DNA of 64,000 bases from NCBI GenBank assembly GCA_937863565.1, contig CALMGJ010000012.1, positions 62,001-126,000 of the forward strand, in the 5' to 3' direction. The position numbers and the translations under genes were made by a program. The DNA is from an uncultured bacterium (GTDB taxonomy: Bacteria > AUK180). The notes beneath the pieces are model-generated. The model did not search any database, was not told the DNA's origin, and was given only the letters and a program-made list of their open reading frames with translations. This document shows, piece by piece, positions 56,903 through 64,000 of this stretch; the first letter of the stretch is position 1, and the number at the start of each line of letters is the position of its first letter.

Positions 56903-59235
56903 TTTTTTACAGGGAAGACCTCTTCCCAGAGAGCGCCTATTCCGGATACGGTCTTTATCTTGAGTTTTTTGGTGATCTCCGCGGGTATCTCGCTTAAGGA
57001 CTTCTTATTATCCTCGGGGATATAAACGGTGCTGATGCCGCTTCTTAAAGCGGCAAGGAGTTTTTCCTTCAGGCCGCCGATGGGAAGCACTTTGCCGGTC
57101 AGCGTGAGTTCCCCCGTCATCGCCCGGTTCCACGGAACGGTTCTTCCGGTGAAAGCGGAAAGCACCGAAGTGGCTATCGCAATGCCGGCGGAAGGCCCGT
57201 CCTTCGGTATGGCGCCTTCGGGGATATGAATATGTAGTTCGTTCTTTTTGAATTTCTCCGGATCAACGCCGAGCGTCTTGTGATTTGCCTTGATATAGCT
57301 CACCGCTATCTGCGCGGATTCCTGCATGACCTTTCCCACATGTCCCGTGATCTGGATCTTCCCCGTTCCCGGCGTGAGTATAGTTTCTATGGAAAGTATC
57401 ACTCCGCCGTAGCTTGTCCATGCAAGGCCGTTCACAACTCCGCGTATATCCTTCTTCAGTAGTTTCCCGGAGCGGTATTCGTCAACGCCGAGATATTCCT
57501 TGAGTTCATCGGGGCCGATTTCAAACGGGAATTTGGCTTTATCTCTTCCGTCCATCACGATCTTCGTGGCGATCTTTCTTAAGATCTTCCCGATCTGCCT
57601 TTCAAGGCTCCTCACTCCGGATTCGAGCGTGTAGTTCTCGATGATCTTCATTATCGAGTCCTTGGAGAACTTCACCTCCTCCGGTTTAAGGCCGTTCTCG
57701 GAGATCTGCCTCGGCACGAGATAGTTCTTGGCTATATGATATTTCTCGAGTGAAGTATAGCCGGAGAGGAAGATCACCTCCATCCTGTCGCGAAGCGGTT
57801 CGGGTATCTGATAGAAATTATTTGCAGTCGTTATGAAAAAAACGCCGGAGAGGTCGTATTCGGCGTCAAGATAATGGTCCTCGAACATGAAATTCTGCTC
57901 GGGGTCAAGCGCCTCAAGCAGCGCCGATGCCGGATCGCCCCTGAAATCTGCGGAGAGCTTGTCGATCTCATCCATGAGGAAAACAGGGTTTCTTACGCCT
58001 GCTCTTTTCATCGTTTGGATGATCTTGCCGGGTAAAGCTCCTATATATGTGCGCCTGTGCCCCCGGATCTCCGCCTCGTCCCTGATGCCTCCCAGGGAAA
58101 CACGGACGAATTTCCTGCTCATGGCCCGCGCGATAGATTTTCCGAGCGAGGTCTTGCCGACGCCCGGAGGCCCCACGAAACACAGAACGGGCCCCTTTTT
58201 CGATTCGGAAAGCTGCCTTACGGCAAGTATTTCCACAATGCGCTTTTTTATCTTATCCAGTCCCCAGTGGTCCTTCTCAAGTATCGAAGAGGCCTTCTTC
58301 AGGTCCTTGTTCTCCTCGGAGGCCGATGTCCAGGGTAGCGAAATGAGCCAATCAAGATAGTTCAGTATCACAGTGTATTCAGGCGAATAATTCGGAGTGT
58401 ACTCGAGCTTCTCGATCTCCTTCATCGCCTTGGTCATGGCGTCGCCGGTCATGCCGGACCCCTTCACCTTGGCTTTGAGGTCCTCGATCTCCCCGGCCTG
58501 GCCTTCGAGCGTATCGAGTTCCTTTTTAATGCTCTCGAGTTCCTGGGAGAGGATGATCTTCTTCTGTGTTTCATCGAGCTTTTTCTTGACATTCTCGCGG
58601 ATCTTGCTCTGGATCTCAGTTATCTCGAATTCCTGATTGACATAGATAAGAAGTTTGTTGAGGAATTCTTTGAGCGACTTCACGGAAAGAAGCTTCTGTT
58701 TGTCCTCGAAAGGCACGGGAAGCTGGAACGCTATCGTGAAAGCAAGGTCCACGGGATTGGTCTCCATCTTAATGCGCTCAATGATATCTTCATCGAATCC
58801 TGCAGGCCCTATGAGATGGACCATCTTCTCAAAAACGGCGGAGATCTCTTTTGTAACCGCCTTGCATTCATTGGTGAACTCGCCCGTAAAGGGGATCTTC
58901 TCTATCTCCACTTCGAAATAAGGTTCTTCGCGCACGATCTTTTTCAGAACGGCCCTGTCGGAAGCCTTAACGAGGACTTTCGTGGTATTGTCGAATTCGA
59001 TCTTCTCCTTGAGTACCTTCGCTATCACCCCGATCGGCTCCATATCCTTCATTTCCGGCTCCGCGTTCGCCCCGTCTTTTTGGACGGAGAGGAATATAAG
59101 CCCGCTTTTCGCATCCACCGAATTGAGGGCTACGAGGGATTTTGGCCTGCCCACTATGAAAGGGAACACTACATTAGGGAAGGGGACGAGGTTCCTAAGG
59201 GGGATATAAGGAAGTAAGAGGTTTTCTTTGTTCAT
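56899..59235 (-). CDS. lon: Lon protease
   Basis: GPPGVGKT, DEIDK, PKDGPSAG, GLKEK. Confidence 0.97.
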   Translation of the reverse strand: MNKENLLLPYIPLRNLVPFPNVVFPFIVGRPKSLVALNSVDAKSGLIFLSVQKDGANAEPEMKDMEPIGVIAKVLKEKIEFDNTTKVLVKASDRAVLKKIVREEPYFEVEIEKIPFTGEFTNECKAVTKEISAVFEKMVHLIGPAGFDEDIIERIKMETNPVDLAFTIAFQLPVPFEDKQKLLSVKSLKEFLNKLLIYVNQEFEITEIQSKIRENVKKKLDETQKKIILSQELESIKKELDTLEGQAGEIEDLKAKVKGSGMTGDAMTKAMKEIEKLEYTPNYSPEYTVILNYLDWLISLPWTSASEENKDLKKASSILEKDHWGLDKIKKRIVEILAVRQLSESKKGPVLCFVGPPGVGKTSLGKSIARAMSRKFVRVSLGGIRDEAEIRGHRRTYIGALPGKIIQTMKRAGVRNPVFLMDEIDKLSADFRGDPASALLEALDPEQNFMFEDHYLDAEYDLSGVFFITTANNFYQIPEPLRDRMEVIFLSGYTSLEKYHIAKNYLVPRQISENGLKPEEVKFSKDSIMKIIENYTLESGVRSLERQIGKILRKIATKIVMDGRDKAKFPFEIGPDELKEYLGVDEYRSGKLLKKDIRGVVNGLAWTSYGGVILSIETILTPGTGKIQITGHVGKVMQESAQIAVSYIKANHKTLGVDPEKFKKNELHIHIPEGAIPKDGPSAGIAIATSVLSAFTGRTVPWNRAMTGELTLTGKVLPIGGLKEKLLAALRSGISTVYIPEDNKKSLSEIPAEITKKLKIKTVSGIGALWEEVFPVKK

Positions 59236-60413
59236 CAGACAGCTTTCTTTCGTATCACCGCCGGAGGCGTATTGCCCGTTACAGAATCCTCGGAGACGAT
59301 CACTTTCTGAACATCCTGCATGGAGGGGAGTTCGTACATCGTATCCAGAAGAAGGTCCTCCACTATCGTTCTCAGCCCGCGCGCTCCCATTTTCTTTTTA
59401 ATGCACACGCGAGATATCGCGGAGATGGCCTCTTTGGAAAATTCCAGGGTTATATCGTCATATTCGAATATTTTTTTATACTGCGAGATGATCGAGTTCT
59501 TCGGTTCGGTAAGTATCCGTGAAAAATCCTCCTCCGTGAGTTCATTGAAACCTACCCTGACGGGTATCCTTCCAATGAGCTCAGGTATCAGGCCGAATTT
59601 CACAAGGTCGTCGCTTTCCACCGCCTGTATGAGCTTTTCGTACCGCACCTGTTCTTCGTCCGTGTTCTTGAAACCGATCACCTTCCGGTTGAGACGCTCG
59701 GCGATGATCTTTTCAAGTCCGCAGAAAGTGCCCCCGAGTATGAAAAGGATATTGCGCGTGTCCATCGGCCGGTACGGTTGATGCGGATGTTTGCGGAGTG
59801 AATCGACAGGAATATTGGCCACGGTGCCTTCGATGATCTTGAGAAGCGCCTGCTGCACGCCCTCTCCGCCTACATCGCGGGTGATCGAGGGATTCTCGGC
59901 CTTTCTTCCGATCTTATCTATCTCGTCGATGTAGATGATGCCGATCTCTGCCTTTGCAAGATCGTTATTGGCGGCAAGGTAGAGTCTTGCGAGAATATTC
60001 TCAACATCTTCACCCACATAACCCGCTTCAGTGAGCGTCGTAGCGTCGGCAATCGCGAAGGGTACATCTATGAAACGCGCTATCGTCTGCGCCAGAAGCG
60101 TTTTACCGCAACCCGTAGGCCCGATGAAGAGGATATTGCTCTTTTCGATCTCTACATCGTCCTCTTTTCCGGCCTTTCTGTTGTGGAACACTCTTTTGTA
60201 ATGATTGTATATGGCCACCGAAATGACCTTTTTTGCGTCTTCCTGCCCGATGACATAACGGTCAAGGTATGATTTGATCTCCTTGGGCTTGGGAAGATTG
60301 ATCTCGCTGAATGTTGTCGTCTCGGCGAAGCATTGCCCGCAGAATAACTGCCCGTTCCTCTCTATGAGCTCCTCGGGCGGGAATTCCTTTTTGCATCTTT
60401 CGCATTTATCCAT
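59235..60413 (-). CDS. clpX: ATP-dependent Clp protease ATPase subunit
   Basis: [27 protein letters not shown] loop, GARGL. Confidence 0.97.
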   Translation of the reverse strand: MDKCERCKKEFPPEELIERNGQLFCGQCFAETTTFSEINLPKPKEIKSYLDRYVIGQEDAKKVISVAIYNHYKRVFHNRKAGKEDDVEIEKSNILFIGPTGCGKTLLAQTIARFIDVPFAIADATTLTEAGYVGEDVENILARLYLAANNDLAKAEIGIIYIDEIDKIGRKAENPSITRDVGGEGVQQALLKIIEGTVANIPVDSLRKHPHQPYRPMDTRNILFILGGTFCGLEKIIAERLNRKVIGFKNTDEEQVRYEKLIQAVESDDLVKFGLIPELIGRIPVRVGFNELTEEDFSRILTEPKNSIISQYKKIFEYDDITLEFSKEAISAISRVCIKKKMGARGLRTIVEDLLLDTMYELPSMQDVQKVIVSEDSVTGNTPPAVIRKKAV

Positions 60414-60419
60414 AACTTT

Positions 60420-61016
60420 TTATTTTCTTCTCTCGATCACTTCGTCGATGAGGCCGTATTGTTTGGCTTCAACGGCCGTCATGAAATGGTCTCTGTCCGT
60501 ATCCAGTTCTATCTTCTTCAGGTCCTGCCCGGTGTGTTTCTGAAGGATCTTATTGAGGCGTTCCTTGGTCTTCAGTATCTCTTCGGCGTGGATCTTGATG
60601 TCGGAAGCCTGACCCTGGATGCCGCCCATGGGCTGATGGATCAGGATATTGGAATTGGGCAGGGCGTATCTCTTGCCTTTTGCTCCCGCGGTGAGTATCA
60701 CGGCTCCCATGCTTGCGGCCTGCCCTATGCAAACGGTAGCCACGTCGGGTTTGATGTACTGGATCGTATCATAGATGGCCAGTCCGGAGGTCACCCACCC
60801 GCCGGGCGAGTTTATGTAGATGTATATGTCCTTCTCGTTGTTCTCCATTTCAAGAAAGAGAAGCTGGGCGATTATGCTGTTGGCCACATAGTCGTCGATC
60901 GGCGTTCCCAGGAAAATGATCCTGTCTTTGAGAAGTCTCGAATAGATGTCGTATGCCCGCTCGCCGCCGGCGCCCGGTTCGATAACATAAGGGATGAGGT
61001 TCTTTCCCGTTGTCAT
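60420..61016 (-). CDS. clpP: Clp protease proteolytic subunit
   Basis: [23 protein letters not shown]. Confidence 0.97.
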   Translation of the reverse strand: MTTGKNLIPYVIEPGAGGERAYDIYSRLLKDRIIFLGTPIDDYVANSIIAQLLFLEMENNEKDIYIYINSPGGWVTSGLAIYDTIQYIKPDVATVCIGQAASMGAVILTAGAKGKRYALPNSNILIHQPMGGIQGQASDIKIHAEEILKTKERLNKILQKHTGQDLKKIELDTDRDHFMTAVEAKQYGLIDEVIERRK

Positions 61017-62335
61017 GTTTTATTCTCCTTTTCTTTTTCTTCTTCTTTTTCCTTTTTATGCTTCTTCTCGTGCTCTTCGGGCGAAACATATTTGATCTTG
61101 GCCGAGCCGTAAAGCACGTCATCCACCTTGTCGGTGATAAGGTCGTTCTTCAGGTTCTCCATATATTTCTCGTTGGATTTATAGAACGACTTCACACTTT
61201 CGAGGCTGATATTGTTCTCCACCGCGATCCTCATGAAGAATTTATCGATCTCCTCTTCGGATACTTCGAGCTTTTCCTGCTCGATTATGAATTTGCGGAT
61301 ATTGTTCACCTTGATGCCGAAAGCGACATTGGAGCCGATGCTCTCTTTCGAGATATTAAGCTGCTCCATCGACATCCCGTACTGCTTCTTATAGTTCTCG
61401 TTCTCCTTTTCGTAAACTTCTTCTTTCATCGCCTCAAGATAATTGGGCGGAAGCTCGAACGGGTTCTCTTCCACGATCTTCTCGAATATGTGCATGATGG
61501 AATGTTTCTTCCTGTCCGCCTTTGAAGATGTCTCAATGTCCTCGCGGAGTTTCTTCAGCACTTCGTTCTTGGACTTGGCATCTTTCACTATCTTTCCGAA
61601 AAGCTCCTCGGTCTCATCGGGAAGTTTTTTCCTCTTAAGATCGGAAACGGAGAATTTGTAGTTCACTTCTTTGTTCCTGTAATGCTCGGGGGCGTCCTCT
61701 CCGTATTTGGCGTTGAAGTCGTGTTGCTCACCCTTTTTCACTTCTTTAAGCTTATTGTAAAGGGGCGCGGGTGTTTTACCGTCCTGATAGAGTATAGGGA
61801 ATTTATCCATCTTGTGAAGTTCCTTGCCCTCCATGGTCTCAATGTAATCCTTGAGTTCCAGAAGCACATCGTTTTCAACGGGTCCGTCGTAATCCTCCCA
61901 GGTGCCGAGATTGTTCAGGATATCCTTGTATGTTTTCTGCACATGCTCGTCGGTTATCTTTATCTCGACTTCTTCCACTTCTATGCCCTTATATCTTTTG
62001 AACTTGATCTCGGGCATGTACTCGATCTCGAATTTCGCGGTGCCTTCCGAGAGTTTGAACTCCTTGAGGCCGAAATGGATAGGGTCTTTCTTATCGGCGA
62101 TCAGTTTCTGGTAGAAATCCCGTACGATGTCCTCCTGAATGGCCTGATCGATATAATCCCTGAACATCGAGATCACTACATATTCGGGCGCTTTGCCCTT
62201 TCTGTATCCGGGTATGTTCTGGCTGCTTTTGATCTTCTGGATCAGCGCGCTTCTTTTAGCGGCTACTTCCTCTTTCGTGAAGACGATATCGTATTCCGTA
62301 AGATAGTCCTTTACAGACGCTTCTTTGTATTCCAT
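61013..62335 (-). CDS. tig: Trigger factor
   Basis: [10 protein letters not shown] ribosome-binding signature; synteny with clpP; SD AGGAG before ATG 62335. Confidence 0.9.
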   Translation of the reverse strand: MEYKEASVKDYLTEYDIVFTKEEVAAKRSALIQKIKSSQNIPGYRKGKAPEYVVISMFRDYIDQAIQEDIVRDFYQKLIADKKDPIHFGLKEFKLSEGTAKFEIEYMPEIKFKRYKGIEVEEVEIKITDEHVQKTYKDILNNLGTWEDYDGPVENDVLLELKDYIETMEGKELHKMDKFPILYQDGKTPAPLYNKLKEVKKGEQHDFNAKYGEDAPEHYRNKEVNYKFSVSDLKRKKLPDETEELFGKIVKDAKSKNEVLKKLREDIETSSKADRKKHSIMHIFEKIVEENPFELPPNYLEAMKEEVYEKENENYKKQYGMSMEQLNISKESIGSNVAFGIKVNNIRKFIIEQEKLEVSEEEIDKFFMRIAVENNISLESVKSFYKSNEKYMENLKNDLITDKVDDVLYGSAKIKYVSPEEHEKKHKKEKEEEKEKENKT

Positions 62336-62351
62336 GCGAACTCCTAACAAT

Positions 62352-62436
62352 TGGTGCGAGAGGTGGGACTTGAACCCACACCCGTTTCCGGACAGGATCC
62401 TAAGTCCTGCGTGTATGCCAATTTCACCACTCTCGC
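62352..62436 (-). tRNA. tRNA-Leu (TAG)
   Basis: Cloverleaf with long variable arm, anticodon arm CAGGA-CTTAGGA-TCCTG, GTTCAA T-loop, CCA end. Confidence 0.95.
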
Positions 62437-62438
62437 GA

Positions 62439-62513
62439 TGGTGGGCTGTGAAGGGCTCGAACCTTCAACCTACTGATTAAGAGTCAGTTGCTCTACCATT
62501 GAGCTAACAGCCC
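62439..62513 (-). tRNA. tRNA-Lys (CTT)
   Basis: Anticodon arm ACTGA-CTCTTAA-TCAGT, GTTCGA, CCA end. Confidence 0.95.
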
Positions 62514-62519
62514 TGTTAC

Positions 62520-62595
62520 TGGGGTGGGTGATGGGGGTTGAACCCACAACCGACGGAGCCACAGTCCGTTGCTCTGCCATTGAGCTACACCCACC
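62520..62595 (-). tRNA. tRNA-His (GTG)
   Basis: Anticodon arm ACGGA-CTGTGGC-TCCGT, G-1 and C73, CCA end. Confidence 0.95.
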
Positions 62596-62613
62596 ATCGG
62601 CAAAATAAAAGCA

Positions 62614-62642
62614 ATTATAGCAAAATATCGTTTTTTAGTCAA
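62614..62642 (-). promoter_or_regulatory. sigma70 promoter of the tRNA-tig-clpPX-lon unit
   Basis: TTGACT-17-TATAAT with extended TG on the minus strand. Confidence 0.8.
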
Positions 62643-62761
62643 ATAATTTGTAAAAACCGTTATAATTCCGCAAATACGGAAAAATCGCTCCGTTTTTCAA
62701 AGGAAAACTTCCCTTTTTTTAGTGAAATACTGTATAATTATTATAAAAAGGGAGCAAAGGA

Positions 62762-63172
62762 ATGAATACTGAAGAAGAACGCGAATTCTACGGTAATGAC
62801 GGTCGGGAAAAGGAGGAGGTCCGCTGGGAAAAAAAACCTATTGGCCTGCTCATCCGTATCATATTATGTATATGCGGTGTCCTGATGCTGAAAAAGTACT
62901 GGCCTCAGATCGCAACGGGCACGATTGAATGGGCGCAGGGCGCAAGAGGTGATCCCGAGTATTCTTATATCTATCGCACTGTTGGGCCTGAAGGCCTGAT
63001 CGCCGCAGCTGTTACCTTCATCGGCTGGGCTGTCGGTTTTCTAGGTTTTGCCGTTTTTCCCAGATTCTGCGTTAAAAATATCAAGTATGTTGTTCTGTGG
63101 TATATCATTTGTATAATCGCGATGTTCGCAATGCGGCATTTTTCAATCCATATCGCAACCCTGAAAAGCTGA
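62762..63172 (+). CDS. Hypothetical 3-TM membrane protein
   Basis: TATAAT and GGAG upstream; three hydrophobic segments. Confidence 0.65.
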   Translation: MNTEEEREFYGNDGREKEEVRWEKKPIGLLIRIILCICGVLMLKKYWPQIATGTIEWAQGARGDPEYSYIYRTVGPEGLIAAAVTFIGWAVGFLGFAVFPRFCVKNIKYVVLWYIICIIAMFAMRHFSIHIATLKS

Positions 63173-63173
63173 C

Positions 63174-63656
63174 ATGAGGATTACCGGATTCATAGCTGTC
63201 CACCGGGGCGGAACGCTGACAAAAGAAAAACACCGCCTTCTGATGAAGTGGGCCCGCATCTGCGCGGAACATGTCCTTCCATTACTCGGCAGTAATATCG
63301 ACAGAAGATTGGTCTATGCGCTCAAGACCGCATCGGAATGGGAGGCGGGGAAAACGCCGACAGGTGCCGCGATGAAGGCGTCACTGGGCGCTCATGCCGC
63401 GGCAAGGACATATACCGATTCGGCGAAGACAGCCGTTGCCCGAGCGATCGGTCAAGCCGTCGCAACCGCCCATATGGCGGAACATTCCCTCGGCTCGGCA
63501 TTGTATGCCCTGAAAGCGGTTGCTCTTTCCGGCGGTTCAGTGAAAAAGGAAGGAAAATGGCAGTGCGGGCAGATCCCCGCAGGCCTTAAAATCCTTGTGA
63601 AGCGCGCTCTTTCGGAAAAAGGGAAACACTTCCGTTTGCCCAAAAATCCTCTTTGA
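63174..63656 (+). CDS. Imm5-like putative immunity protein
   Basis: WA..CAEHVL, A...W..G, AHAAAR, ARA.GQAVATAHMA.H..G.A.YA.KA, E..WQ. Confidence 0.78.
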   Translation: MRITGFIAVHRGGTLTKEKHRLLMKWARICAEHVLPLLGSNIDRRLVYALKTASEWEAGKTPTGAAMKASLGAHAAARTYTDSAKTAVARAIGQAVATAHMAEHSLGSALYALKAVALSGGSVKKEGKWQCGQIPAGLKILVKRALSEKGKHFRLPKNPL

Positions 63657-63702
63657 TCTTCACGATTAACTCCAGATCGGAAATTTCACCTTTTTCAACC
63701 TC

Positions 63703-63852
63703 CGTCCCTCTTTACGTCCCTCCTTACTCACTGCGCCGCGCCCCTAACCTCTAGCCTCTTTTGTAATTCTCCATTCTCCATTCTCAATTGTTAATTTAAT
63801 TAAACTTTTCACTCTTCACTCTTCACTTTTCACTATTTCTCGCCTCCCGCCT
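63703..63852 (+). repeat. Cluster of short tandem repeats (one 12-mer, four different 7-mers)
   Basis: CGTCCCTCYTTA x2; CTARCCT x2; MATTCTC x3; CTYTTCA x4; CYCGCCT x2. Confidence 0.85.
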
Positions 63853-63895
63853 CTTTTCCTTGTATTTTGGTAGAATTAGTGGTATAATTATAATC

Positions 63896-64000
63896 ATGAA
63901 GATGATTTGCGTTCATAAAGGGCAATATAGTGACATTACGGAGACATTATTCAAACCATTCCGTGTAAAATTTGTCCTCCGAAAATATAAAGACCAGATA
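63896..64000 (+). CDS. Partial CDS running off the right edge (MKMICVHKGQYSDITETLFKPFRVKFVLRKYKDQI...)
   Basis: Open frame to the window end; TTGTAT-17-TATAAT promoter 7 nt upstream. Confidence 0.55.
   Translation, partial: MKMICVHKGQYSDITETLFKPFRVKFVLRKYKDQI

Noticed and set aside
62538-62765. 75-aa ORF on the plus strand
   Set aside because: Antisense to tRNA-His and its promoter
63703-63852. CRISPR array
   Set aside because: Units are 7-12 nt, contiguous and have no spacers

Overview
A 64-kb window of a compact, gene-dense bacterial chromosome. It is probably from a diderm (TolC, SurA-like, ADP-heptose epimerase) and probably an anaerobe (butyrate kinase, FrhB-like protein); the lineage cannot be fixed from sequence alone. 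Housekeeping content includes queE-queC, glyQ, buk, pfkA, gltX, rlmB, rmuC, tatD, tig-clpP-clpX-lon and three tRNAs (His-GTG, Lys-CTT, Leu-TAG). Other recognisable loci are a small surface-polysaccharide cluster, a TolC/Yip1/MFP/ABC exporter next to an APH-type kinase, a tricorn protease operon and two long stand-alone TPR proteins. No CRISPR array, rRNA, integrase or transposase was seen. The most unusual elements are: (1) a Cas4/RecB-like Fe-S PD-(D/E)XK nuclease fused to an active-looking GGEEF diguanylate cyclase; (2) a four-gene, apparently 2x2 paralogous membrane complex of unknown function in the same coupled operon as CheC, MEMO/AmrB and an orphan holin; (3) an RlmN-like radical SAM enzyme lacking the resolving cysteine, coupled to a CxxC-less TrxB-like flavoprotein and a cysteine hydrolase; (4) a repeated -10 box-N5-ATG leaderless gene architecture at ten or more genes; and (5) a patch of mixed heptamer tandem repeats near the window end. 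All family assignments come from motif recognition by eye, not from database searches.
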